Notes: a model not told the origin generated them from the letters alone. Positions 20,901 to 29,213 are shown, counted from the first letter of the stretch. The stretch is DNA of 64,000 nucleotides from Nitrosopumilus sp. (GCA_965223425.1 OZ245003.1:1152001-1216000); one strand, 5' to 3'. Translations and numbers: made by a program.

Positions 20901-21891
20901 CGGCAAGAAATATTCTTACTGCTTCTTGCACTCCCTCCATACTAGCTTGTCTGACCAGACTTGCTCGTTGTTCCACATTGTCAAAGTCTTCATTATAGAT
21001 CCTCATTGTGATGCTATCTAAGAACTTGTTTTCATAGTTCCAGTATGATGGATTATTGCCTCCGGGCATATTTGAGAACCATGGGGCATAGTATGATGAC
21101 AAACCTACGTTGTCATATTTTATGACCTGCGAGCCACCATATGCTCCAGTGTAAATATGCCATGTGAAATTAACCGGATCTGATCCATAAACCTGCGCAA
21201 ATGCGCCGCGCAGGTCACCAGTTGTTTTTTCAATGGTAAAACCCAATTTCTCCAGCTCGGCTGCAAGAGAGTTGCCAATTAAGAGCCTGATTGGATCATC
21301 GTCCCGTATGAACATTTTAATTTGAATCGGGCTGCCGTCGGCATGCCACTTGCCACCTGTTTTGACTGCCCCCTCTGCTGCAAGTATCTTGCTGATCATT
21401 TCGTCTGCAAGTTGCGGATTGTAATGAATATCAAGTGCATCAAGCTGTCTGTAAACTAGAAGGTAATCCGGATGAGTGGGACCAAAGTTTGAGAGTATTG
21501 CTTGGCCCTGCCCATGAAAGAATTCATCAACAATGGCAGTCCTGTCAACTAGATAGTTCAATGAATATCGAATCTCTTTATGTGAGAAAGGATTGAACTG
21601 GCTTGTACTGTCTGCAGGATTAACAAAGAGGGTGTATTTTATCCCTTCTGCGGAGTTAAAGATCTGAATGTCTGTTGGGGGATTGCCATCATCTGTTATT
21701 ATTTCATTGTAAGGCACAGGATAATTGTAGATATCAAATGTGCCTTTTTGTATTTCTTCTAATGCAGTGTTCTCATCAAGGTGCTGAACAAATGTTATGC
21801 TGTCAACATTGGTACCTTGGTTTGCAAAAGAGTCATTGATGCCAAAAAGAAGCGCTATCACCAATAATAATGGCAGAAAGACATACCACAT
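14914..21891 (-). CDS. Giant secreted, membrane-anchored substrate-binding protein: SBP family 5 + three LivJ-like PBP1 domains (third with a Cache insert) + poly-Gly linker + CFI-box-CTERM-like anchor
   Basis: Signal peptide, NPFSHKEIRYSLNYLVDR and SNGPFFLDSY, three IG(S/A)L...FR(V/L)AP...YD(A/T)V units, and GCLIATATYGSELAPQVQFLREVRD followed by a TM helix. Confidence 0.88.
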   Translation of the reverse strand: MWYVFLPLLLVIALLFGINDSFANQGTNVDSITFVQHLDENTALEEIQKGTFDIYNYPVPYNEIITDDGNPPTDIQIFNSAEGIKYTLFVNPADSTSQFNPFSHKEIRYSLNYLVDRTAIVDEFFHGQGQAILSNFGPTHPDYLLVYRQLDALDIHYNPQLADEMISKILAAEGAVKTGGKWHADGSPIQIKMFIRDDDPIRLLIGNSLAAELEKLGFTIEKTTGDLRGAFAQVYGSDPVNFTWHIYTGAYGGSQVIKYDNVGLSSYYAPWFSNMPGGNNPSYWNYENKFLDSITMRIYNEDFDNVEQRASLVRQASMEGVQEAVRIFLAVKNDNYIAKEGINGIINTQGLGITNRFTPINVSIEDDDPNNNNDDNITIGVKHITQSSWNPVLGFSDAYGRDIWEILRDPSTTRDPFTGDLIPVRTEWKVETRGSDGQLDVPNNAVMWNPANQTWDNVPSQTKSASKVTFDFEFSNWHNGQPMDIKDVLYSLYFVTEWGSNDSENAEDLKKYSAEIVSDDTDRIKGIHVLNATAIEVYIDYWNMDEAEIVGKASLWSSVPWEIYAAMEKVVLDGTAAFSNSVANERGIPWLSLLESSDSNLIRDALQSFNDTNAIPSQVYDTDTDDLQYAYDRYESSISWITNKSNAVISNGPFFLDSYTPATNTLMVKAFDDQTYPLQPGHWNYFTERQDALVGNITIGSLAPLTGGASGYGKELSEVSDLAMNHFNEYLKKRGASWSLSLDRHDTATAPSTGLEALTGLNSTGIKIVDGPPIDSVAEGILNFANENDMLLVSCCSVTTQLAVEDDSLFRVAPDHTHHANKLANLMYEDGIRAVVPVGLNNIWVNDLLGLVRTSFGGLDNNNVADTRISYDFGANLTQPVTDLASAVQSQVNEHGADKVAVLYIGFGENVEFIKLSSKQDILDDVRWFGADLNTVSPNVADDEEAKSFATTVNLVAVQLKAPDSQITTEIREHFDRLVNQFARLPSVFTNFEYDAVWLLGLSILESQSTNATTIKETLPDVAKQYIGAVGNTELNAAGDLADGQYATWKMINGEWTEIISIGALVPVSRNDGAGIHRQVATEIAADDFNEYLEQKNAQWRLDVNIKDTAAPLATYLDLIESFHDDNINLISGPSASSGVSKIRDYVDVNDMLLLSCCSTAPSLAIEKDNVFRLAPDDALHGPVIANLLGSDGKEVLISVWRDGPFGNGLHNSAVSKFKELGGTVDDLSSYKLCDGDGCYDATFTDLAQQLSEKVQTYVDSHGSDKVAVLYIGIDETKDFILKASEHQVLRTVQWIGSDANILSKSLVDNPTIFEFLVDANFRSCIFDADPTSERYQQLETRLSEDPRIIDTPNVYTYASYDTVRILGLAIEAANGAGFDEIKRQIPLVTSDYKGALGDVELNDAGDSRETSYAVWGIEPNGWERIGTYVSDLGLVHTNTVIGALLNLSGPISDEYARFSAMKFAASDFNKQNPTTPISLVLGNITSTRPHVAMQDILYDKEDSVNQEALRELISTSITNFDESVRLNPDSGAQSYFDSISDTKPDQSYYLFVINATTGENVADEEDATIVGTNISLMENTFDKDLEEINADLANDPNGETWWQYMIPAPDDASLQLKRSLLAKHEDYIFGAGYYLERSGVSYFVGPSSSRDLAALKSYVETYATDAVMVSHSSTAPSLAKQDNIFRLAPADAYQAPEIISQINKDGKTHLVIISRNDTYGNGILDAARDSNYEGSIASTIQYDIDEPDYPAIAAKLSEILSPHDKSVVAVLFVGFETEFVNLVKEMDSGADAHKAFDVKWYGVDGVTNSHTIVTDPVAGPIAARVGLTATIFDVKGNPINSELSARIRGEGLSIATYSFSAYDAVHLIGNSIKAVHYRIFSSVVDAIPTVATQTVGALGDYSLDENGDLNRPRTYAVYQVQPIDTSTQEWRLLTDKSEDVTDMQPSVSVSSGSNGGSGGGGGGGGGGGGGNRINIDVSNMQSSIYIKSISWNCNDGTVSIIAGPGSSGISVSIRTTELGVNQATPTDSTISGYMNFTGSMHKTERYIGVNAFTQEGRSVSTDSKSVNVDACIDERLFEVPIEEPATDTGSEPAVPEDRSDSPPVQQDQPADFANEDPQFYVDRYNNDVTYQEWFHKNYPTMTIYEAVGLPEPSITEPEESVDMEPVDMEPVDMEPVAERECGPGTVLQDGICVISIEDGGCLIATATYGSELAPQVQFLREVRDETLFSTASGATFMNGFNKAYYTFSPTIADLQRENPLFKETVKLAITPAVYVLGIMSMADPGSDASVILFGTLTIGVLAGMYVAMPVYAADMIRKKTRCKT
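15359..15410 (-). repeat. 15-bp coding tandem repeat (DMEPV x3)
   Basis: Unit CTACTGGCTCCATAT is repeated three times. Confidence 0.85.
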
Positions 21892-22097
21892 AGGCTTGTT
21901 TTTATATACTAATAATAAAAACCTACAACTATCCTAATCCTTCAACACATGACAACTGATGCAACATAAACAAATGATAAATAATTCTCAGCGATCTTTT
22001 CATAACGCATTCTAGTTCTGCGAATCCTTCCTCAGCCACGCAAAGAATCGCTCTACACAAAACCTGTCTTGCTGTAATTATTTTGTAAATGTCGGTC

Positions 22098-22366
22098 ATG
22101 ATGCCTGATGTGTTGGGATTTTGCCCTACATCAGAAAATACCCAAGTTTCATAGTGTGTTGCAACAAGAATTATACTGTACTGATACGCAAATGATGCCT
22201 GATGTGTTGGGATTTGACATGTCAACAGTTTCATAACCATTTCTAAATTAAGAGAGGATACGCAAATGATGCCTGATGTGTTGGGGTTTGGCCCTACATC
22301 AGAAAATACCCAAGTTTCATAGTGTGTTGCAACAAGAATTACACTGTCCTGATACGCAAATGATGC
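22098..22366 (+). repeat. Intergenic array of ~33-bp repeats with hairpin-forming units
   Basis: GATACGCAAATGATGCCTGATGTGTTGGGRTTT at 22183 and 22257, with partial copies at 22098 and 22351. Intervals 1 and 3 are near-identical. Confidence 0.85.
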
Positions 22367-22459
22367 TGCCGTCATCGGTGGATGTTGCCATGAAGTGTAT
22401 GTCCATTCTGGCTTCTTCCAGTGATTCTAGAAACTCTGTTTATTTTTGATTGAGCTTGT

Positions 22460-22738
22460 TCACTTGAAAATCCGTTCTCTTATTTCTGGAATGTGTCTGT
22501 AGACAATGTCTCTTACCTTCATTTGGTCTTCTGCAGTTGGCATTTCTTTTTGTGCACTGAGAATGGCGCCACTCATACCAAGTGCCATTCCCATCACAAT
22601 TCCATAAACAAATTCCTGAGGATTTTCTACTTTTAGCACGTCTTTGTTTTCTTTAATTTCTTCTAGATATGCTGGAATTGTTGATACTGCTCCATTGATT
22701 GTTTGGACTATTAACGTCTCTAATTGTTCTTCACTCAT
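22460..22738 (-). CDS. Conserved hypothetical protein
   Basis: Clean ORF MSEEQLETLIVQTING... with host-like composition. Confidence 0.75.
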   Translation of the reverse strand: MSEEQLETLIVQTINGAVSTIPAYLEEIKENKDVLKVENPQEFVYGIVMGMALGMSGAILSAQKEMPTAEDQMKVRDIVYRHIPEIRERIFK

Positions 22739-22810
22739 GTCAAGATTTCTGAGATAATTCTTAATAAATTTGCACCTAAGATATTTAATCAAGGCTTTCT
22801 GAGCAGATAC

Positions 22811-23212
22811 ATGTTCTCATTTTTCACTATAAATGAAGCAAACAATGCCCTTCCTGATGTAATAAAAAAATTTGAGTATGCACTATCTAAAAAACAAGAA
22901 ATATCAAAATTAGAAAAACAGATGCAATCGAGTCTTTCTACTATAAACTCTTTTGAAGAATACGTGAATCTCAAGCAGAAACTAAATTCTGCAATTACAA
23001 AATTTTATGAATCAGTAGAAATTCTTGAAAATACCGGAGTGATGGTAAAGAGCATTGAGCAGGGCCTTCTTGATTTTCCGTCAACTAGGTTTGATGAAGA
23101 AGTTTGGTTGTGCTGGAAATACGGTGAAACCGAAATAAAATTTTGGCATGAAAAAGATTCTGGTTTTATGGGCAGAAAGCCCATAGAAACTAGCGACGAG
23201 TCTCTAATTTGA
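22811..23212 (+). CDS. DUF2203 family protein
   Basis: FTINEANNALP, GLLDFPS, VWLCWKYGE and WHEKDSGFMGRKP motifs. Confidence 0.88.
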   Translation: MFSFFTINEANNALPDVIKKFEYALSKKQEISKLEKQMQSSLSTINSFEEYVNLKQKLNSAITKFYESVEILENTGVMVKSIEQGLLDFPSTRFDEEVWLCWKYGETEIKFWHEKDSGFMGRKPIETSDESLI

Positions 23213-23413
23213 AACTTTAATTGTTACGTTGTAATTGGCAGAATTCTGATGATAGGCTCAGTCATGTTCATGTTCTTAAAAAAATCAAAAGATGATTTAG
23301 AAGAAGAAGAACAACGAGAGAAGAAAGAAGACTTTCTTTAACCTTTTCGCCTTTTGGTTCTGTCAAATTAACGAGGCTTTATTTCATGATTTTCTCTTGT
23401 AAAGTGTCGAGAT

Positions 23414-23780
23414 CTATTGAAAATGCAGGTTATCTGTACCGTCTTTTCCTTTCAAAAGTTTTAAAATTTCTTGTAATGAACGTAAAATCATATCATTTTG
23501 TTGTTCTAAATTTTGTAATGCAAAAAATGTATCTTGGGTATTTGCAAACATGACAAATTTTCTCCAATATTCAGAATTTATACGGATTGTATTTAATATC
23601 ACTTCAAGTTTAGAGTCTGAAAAATCAGATGATTTGCATAATTCTTTAATTTTTTTCTCAGATAACGACGATCTCACCATTTCATTCATAAGAACACGTG
23701 TAACATCGCTTATGATTTGTATTTGAGATATTGAAAGACTTTGTTCTTCACTAATCTGTTTTACAGGTTTTCTTTCAGTC
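23414..23780 (-). pseudogene. Cargo gene of unknown function, 5' part lost at an IS903-like insertion
   Basis: AT-rich helical ORF (TERKPVKQISEEQ...). The upstream part of the ORF-track translation is antisense to IS sequence. Confidence 0.6.
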
Positions 23781-24773
23781 GGTGCTGTCCAAATTTTTCC
23801 CGGAAATTTCCAGAAAAGCTTATAGATCATGACGAAATCCTGCTGCAAGGCTTTTGGATCACGAGCTTGGCAACACGTCAATGTCAAAACGACGAAAGAA
23901 GGGCAGGAAAAACGGACAGCATGACGCCCACGTCCGAAGGTACAGGATCCAGATGTGCCGGAACTATTCAGCATACGAGAAGAAGAGGAGGAGGGGCAAG
24001 GGCAACAAGATAGTGACGAGGATCAAAAAACTCAAAGAAATGATCCCCGCCGTCTTGAAGGGCGCCTCCAAGGACGAGACATCGGCACTATTGTGTGTGC
24101 TGGACATGGTGCTCCGTAACCACTCGTACAGGGTTCACGTCACGTACATGGAACTGCACCCGGGTACGGTAAACGCCTACGGCCTAAAAAGGACTCCATC
24201 AAAATCGTCACTGCACAACATGGCAAAAGCGCTGTCAGCAGGACCGAGCAGCTCGCAGGACTGCTTCTGGCACAGGCAGGAGACGACGCGTGCGGCACCA
24301 TCATAGGCGACTCGTCTGGGTTCTCCATCATGAATTACGCGGACTGGGATGGGAAAAATGCTTCGTTGGCACAGGGACGACCCGTGCGGGTTTGCAAAGG
24401 CCTACGACCAGCGCTGTTGGTAGAGAACACGTTTTCTGTCATGAAGGAGAGGTTCGGCGCAGTCGCCCGTGCAAGGACGGCATCCATGAGAAGGCTGCAG
24501 CTTGTCCTAAAGTGCATCTGCTACAACCTGGCCGCATAAGACTGCCGTAATGCGGAGAGGGCTTTCCCAGCGTAAGCTGTACTCCTGCTTGCCATTCTTT
24601 GGGACAAGGCAGCACCTGATGATATGGTGTCACCGGTATTCTTCTGGCATGGGCAGCACCTGATGATATGGTGTCACCGGTATTCTTCTGGCATGGGCAG
24701 CACCGCCGTCTTGCCTGTTTTTGCGCAAAAATCACGAAACATGTGATCGAAATCAGTCAATTTGGACAGCATC
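23781..24773 (+). mobile_element. IS5-family (IS903-like) element, internally deleted copy
   Basis: TIRs GGTGCTGTCCAAATT / AATTTGGACAGCATC. Near-identical to 52488-53715 but lacks ~0.3 kb of transposase, has a 44-bp tandem duplication at 24608-24695, and has non-matching flanks. Confidence 0.85.
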
Positions 24774-24788
24774 GTGATCGAAGAATGA

Positions 24789-25031
24789 CTAATTAGCAAT
24801 GATTTTTTTCTTACGTTTTTTTAATTCAAATTCAATCTGATCAATTTTCTCTACTAGTCTCTTTTTTTGCTCTTTCAATTTATTTGATTCAAATTCTAAT
24901 GCATTTCTTGTTGAATTTGAGTCTGTTGCAAGACCACAGTAAATCTCTTTTTTAGATTTTGTATTTGGATCATAATATGTGAAATAAAGATATGTTCTTC
25001 CTTTAACGGTCTTAATTGTAGTTCCCACCAT
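24789..25031 (-). CDS. Small accessory protein of the IS6-like element (beta-hairpin plus coiled coil)
   Basis: MVGTTIKTVKGRTYLYFTYYD...KKEIYCG followed by a coiled coil; divergent from the transposase. Confidence 0.65.
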   Translation of the reverse strand: MVGTTIKTVKGRTYLYFTYYDPNTKSKKEIYCGLATDSNSTRNALEFESNKLKEQKKRLVEKIDQIEFELKKRKKKIIAN

Positions 25032-25059
25032 TCTATTTTCTATTTCACATATTTTAACA

Positions 25060-25116
25060 TATACCAAATTTTGGGTATAACTTTATAAAGAGGTTATACC
25101 CTATAAATGGTATAAC
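25060..25116. promoter_or_regulatory. Two palindromic operators TATACC-N8-GGTATA flanking a TATA box
   Basis: Sites at 25060-25079 and 25095-25114, TTTATAAA at 25082-25089, transposase ATG at 25117. Confidence 0.6.
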
Positions 25117-26242
25117 ATGAATACAAGAGGAAAAAGAGCTCAACAAATTACAGACGAGTAGATTAAGAAATTGACGATTGTTCCTACAAAGTAAAACCTC
25201 AATCCTCAGACAAATGGTATGATGTTGTATCACTGAATCGGGGTTTGTTTGCTCTTGTTCTGCTTCCAAATTTAGAAAAGTTACTTGTAAACATTCCATA
25301 GCATTAGAGATTAGCTTCGAGATTAGAAAGAAAGTAGAGCAAACAAAACAAGAATAGATTATTGTCAAATCAGTCAAAATTAACGATTGCAAATTATGTG
25401 ACTCTGATAATATCATAAAGAAAGGATTACGCAAAAACAAGAACTATTCCATTCAGACATTCCAATGCAAGGACTAAGAGAAAATCCTCAACTAACATAG
25501 GATTTGAGAAGATGAGAGACACATCATAGTCATTACAGCATCAATTAATCTCTATTTCAACGAAGAATCTTTGAGACATGTTGCAGATTCCATGAAACTC
25601 TTTGGTGCCAAGGTAACACATCAAACTATTCACAACTGGATTAAGAAATACATCAGACTCATGGATAATTCCCTTGAATCAATTGCTTCTCAAGTATAGA
25701 ATAAATGATATTGTGATGAAATTTATCTTAAAATCAAGAGTGATAGAAAATATTTCTACACTATGCCTGATTTAGATACTAGAATATGGAGTCTCACCTG
25801 TAGCAGATACCAAATACACCGAAGATGTTAGACCACTATTCAAAAAGATTCAAGAGGTTGCAGGAAAAAAGCCCAAAGTCCTCTATTTTATGGATCTAAG
25901 AATTTCATGGAATCTCACAAAAAGGAATGGTACACAAGATACAAGGAAGAACAAACTCAACACACATGCCGTATTCCCTTCAAAAACGACAGAAATACAA
26001 ACAAAATGGAACAACTCAACGGTGGGATTAGAGATCGGGAAAAAATTATGAAACCTCCGAAAACTGACGATTCACCAATAATTACAGGTCTGCAGATTTA
26101 CCATAACTACATTCGCTCTCATATGGGAATTGATAGACATACGCCAAGTGAGAAAGCTGGGATTAAGGTCGAAGAATTGAATAAATGGATTATAATTATT
26201 CAAAATGCTCAGGTCTTGACACTTTACAAGAGAAAATCATGA
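25117..26242 (+). pseudogene. IS6-like DDE transposase with N-terminal SWIM and zinc-ribbon domains, many stops and frameshifts
   Basis: Fragments CSCSASKFRKVTCKH, CKLCDSDNIIKKG, TIHNWIKKY, CDEIYLKI, NKMEQLNGGIRDREK and YHNYIRSH...TPSEKAG. Confidence 0.85.
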
Positions 26243-26254
26243 AATACAGCCTAG

Positions 26255-26473
26255 CTAACTCGACATAACCCTCCTTTTTTTATCTCTGCAAACTCCACAG
26301 AAATAATTTTTCTTAAAATCCTCCAACTCTACTTTGAATTCCCTGGTTTGGAAGTATTTTTCTCCAGTCTTTAGTCCTCCCGGCACTTTTTTGCCGCAAT
26401 TATTACAATGGATCTCAACGTCAAATTTTACTATTTTTTCATTTTCTGAAATTTTGCCAATTATCATAGGCAT
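26255..26473 (-). CDS. Small zinc-binding conserved protein; last codons supplied by the TIR
   Basis: CNNC...CGVC. The empty site reconstructs ...RDKKRRKG-stop. Confidence 0.75.
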   Translation of the reverse strand: MPMIIGKISENEKIVKFDVEIHCNNCGKKVPGGLKTGEKYFQTREFKVELEDFKKNYFCGVCRDKKRRVMSS

Positions 26474-26549
26474 ATTTTATTTAATTTTCATATAAACAAT
26501 AGCCAAAAAACAAAACTCATGAATATTATACTGAAAAATTACTACTACT

Positions 26550-27437
26550 TTGATGCTTACAGTTTGGCTGCGTGTAATTCGAGTAAGATTTCTTCTTGCA
26601 TCTGTGATTGCAGTGTCTGTTGGATTGGCAATTAATTGGTGGCAAAATGCTTCAATAGAGCCCTTTGATGCTGTATTGACATTTGCGGGAGTAATGGCGC
26701 TTCATGCAAGTGTTGATCTGCTAAATGATTTTTGGGATTTTAAACGAGGTATTGACACAAAAACCAAGCAAACTAAAATGAGCGGCGGTACCGGAGTGTT
26801 GCCAGAAGGGCTACTCAAACCAACTTCAGTCTACCGTGCAGGAATCATCTTCTTAATAATTGGCTCTATAATTGGAGGATACTTTGTAATGACTGACGGT
26901 ATAATTATTGCAGTAATTTTGGGATTTGCAATTTTGTCCATCTATTTTTATTCAACTAAAATTGTTGATTCTGGTTTAGGTGAATTTTTTGTTGCCGTCA
27001 AGGGCTCCATGATTGTTATTGGAACATATTTTATTCAATCAGGACAAATCACCATAGAGTCTGTTCTTGGCAGTATTGTTGTTGGGGTTTTATCCTCGTT
27101 GGTGCTCTTTATTGCCTCATTTCCCGATCATAATGCTGACAAGTCTAAAGGTCGAAAAACCCTAGTTATTGCAGTAGGAAAAGAAAAAGCTACGAAACTT
27201 TTTTGGATTTTTCCACTGGTGTCATATGCTGCAATAATTGTTGGCGTGTCGGCAAATTTATTCCCCTTGATTTCTTTAATCGCCCTTCTTGGCTTCCCAT
27301 TAATGATGAAATCCGGACTGGGATTGAAGAAAAACTTTGACTCTGTTGACAATCTTGTCCCTTACATGTCTTTGACTTTAAAATTTAGTAGAATTACTGG
27401 TGCCTTGTTTGCAGTTAGCTTTTTGATAGGACTGTAG
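26550..27437 (+). CDS. UbiA/MenA-family prenyltransferase
   Basis: LLNDFWDFKRGID and PDHNADKSKGRKTL motifs; multiple TM helices. Confidence 0.9.
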   Translation: MMLTVWLRVIRVRFLLASVIAVSVGLAINWWQNASIEPFDAVLTFAGVMALHASVDLLNDFWDFKRGIDTKTKQTKMSGGTGVLPEGLLKPTSVYRAGIIFLIIGSIIGGYFVMTDGIIIAVILGFAILSIYFYSTKIVDSGLGEFFVAVKGSMIVIGTYFIQSGQITIESVLGSIVVGVLSSLVLFIASFPDHNADKSKGRKTLVIAVGKEKATKLFWIFPLVSYAAIIVGVSANLFPLISLIALLGFPLMMKSGLGLKKNFDSVDNLVPYMSLTLKFSRITGALFAVSFLIGL

Positions 27438-27459
27438 TACGACATAAATTTAGTAATTT

Positions 27460-28581
27460 ATGATAAATTATGTGATTTCGGGATTTGCAACCGCTGAAGG
27501 AACTCAAAAATTTGCCCAAAATTCTGGTATAAATCAAGCCAATTTCAAAGAGTTTGAAAAATTAACTCTGTCTAATGTTGGAATTGGCACTTATCTTGGC
27601 GAACCAAATGATCGTACCGACGAATTAGTAAAAAATGCTATAAAACAATCCGTTGCTTCTGGAGTCAATGTTATAGACACTGCAATAAACTATCGCTCTC
27701 AAAAAGCAGAACGCTCAGTTGGAAAAGCTATCTCTGAACTAACACAAGAAGGAAAAATTTTACGTGATCAGCTGTTTCTTAGTACCAAAAATGGATATGT
27801 CACAAATGATGCTGATGTCCAACAAGGTTTTTGGGAATATGTTAAAGAAGAGTATGCTCAAAAAGGAGTGCTCAAAGAGGGCGATGTCACATCTGGATAT
27901 CATTGCATGACTCTGACTTATCTTTCTGATCAGTTAGACCGTAGTTTGAAAAATCTAGACGTGGAATGTGTTGATTTAATGTACTTACATAACGCAGTCG
28001 AAGGCCAAATCAAAGATGTTTCTAAAGAGCAATTCTTGGAAAACTTAAAATCTGTTTTTGAACTGTATGAACAAAAACGTGATGAAGGCAAAATTAAATT
28101 CTATGGAATGGCAACTTGGGAATGCTTTAGAGTTACAAAAGACAATCCACAATACCTTTCACTGGAAAAAACTGTTGAAATGGCAAAAAAAATTGGAGGA
28201 GAAGAGCATGGATTTAGATTTATTCAGCTGCCATTCAACCTGTATTATGATCAAGCGTTACTTGGAAAAACCCAAACACTTGGAATTGACTCTATGTCAG
28301 TTTTAGAAGCGGCAGCCAGGTTGGGAATTGGAGTATTTACTAGCGTTCCCTTGATGCAAGGAAGGCTGTTGCAGCCCGGCGCCATGCCTGAATTTTTAGA
28401 TTTGAAGCCATCTTTGCGTGCTTTGCAATTCATTCGCTCCTCTCCTGGCGTGTTGGCTCCGCTAATTGGCCAAAAATCCCCCGAGCATGTTTCAGAAAAT
28501 CTTGAAATTATGAGCATTCCTCCAGTGTCTGAAGGTGAATTTTCAGCACTGGTAAAAAAACTTCTTGACACTCATTATTGA
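27460..28581 (+). CDS. Aldo/keto reductase
   Basis: GIGTYLG, IDTAINY, STKNG, DLMYLHN and IQLPFN motifs. Confidence 0.92.
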   Translation: MINYVISGFATAEGTQKFAQNSGINQANFKEFEKLTLSNVGIGTYLGEPNDRTDELVKNAIKQSVASGVNVIDTAINYRSQKAERSVGKAISELTQEGKILRDQLFLSTKNGYVTNDADVQQGFWEYVKEEYAQKGVLKEGDVTSGYHCMTLTYLSDQLDRSLKNLDVECVDLMYLHNAVEGQIKDVSKEQFLENLKSVFELYEQKRDEGKIKFYGMATWECFRVTKDNPQYLSLEKTVEMAKKIGGEEHGFRFIQLPFNLYYDQALLGKTQTLGIDSMSVLEAAARLGIGVFTSVPLMQGRLLQPGAMPEFLDLKPSLRALQFIRSSPGVLAPLIGQKSPEHVSENLEIMSIPPVSEGEFSALVKKLLDTHY

Positions 28582-28629
28582 GTTCAAAATTATATAGAAA
28601 GATAATAAATGAGGTAATCTCAAAGAAGT

Positions 28630-29001
28630 GTGGGTAACTTGTCTGACAAAATTTATGATTATGCAGGTATTTGCAATTCTGTTCTATCACTTGATCCTAA
28701 AATTAGATTTGCAGGGGTAATTAATGAACGTGGACGGTTAGTAGCAGGCGGCATGAAGGAAAATGTTGAGCCTCTGGAAACTGAAAAAGATGACGAAATG
28801 ATTTTCATGGAACTTGCATTACGTGTAAAAATGAGAAAAGAATTTGATAAACAACTTGGCCCTGTGAACTTTGCAATGGCATCACGCAAGCGTGCTCTTG
28901 CAATCAGTGTTGTAGTTAATGATGATATTTTGTATGTGGTCTCAGAACCTGATGCCGATTATGGATCCCTTCCAAAGAAAATTCTTGAAATAATCAATTA
29001 A
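28630..29001 (+). CDS. DUF6659/roadblock-like thaumarchaeal protein
   Basis: DPKIRFAGVINERGRLVAGG...RKEFDKQLG motif. Confidence 0.75.
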   Translation: MGNLSDKIYDYAGICNSVLSLDPKIRFAGVINERGRLVAGGMKENVEPLETEKDDEMIFMELALRVKMRKEFDKQLGPVNFAMASRKRALAISVVVNDDILYVVSEPDADYGSLPKKILEIIN

Positions 29002-29213
29002 CACAGTTTTTCACCACATTTAATTAATAAATTCAGTATTTTGTGCCCAGGTTTGTCATATACTTTAGTCCGAGCTCTGTAAAAAATTCATACTTCTAGA
29101 TTTCATGCTCTTCAAAGAAAATAATAACTATTGCTAGTGACAACAGGCTAAATGTTTAATTCTGCCTATAGTTTCATTGTAACTTGGATCCAATTCTTCT
29201 ATATTATGCCGTC

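Larger units (their letters stand above)
23356..26270 (+). mobile_element. Decayed IS6-like cargo transposon with ~60-bp TIRs
   Basis: Left GGTTCTGTCAAATTAACGAGGCTTTATTTCATGATTTTCTCTTGTAAAGTGTC matches the reverse complement of 26218-26270. Flanks are CGCCTTTT and CTCCTTTT (7/8 TSD). Confidence 0.82.

Noticed and set aside
22098-22366. CRISPR array
   Set aside because: Only 3 intervals of unequal length, two of them nearly identical. The hairpin spans the repeat and spacer, and no cas genes are in the window.
21929-22375. 148-aa ORF over the repeat region
   Set aside because: The translation simply mirrors the DNA duplication and has no recognisable domain.
29134-29213. DNA methyltransferase C-terminal remnant (EELDPSYNETIGRIK)
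   Set aside because: Too short to support by eye.
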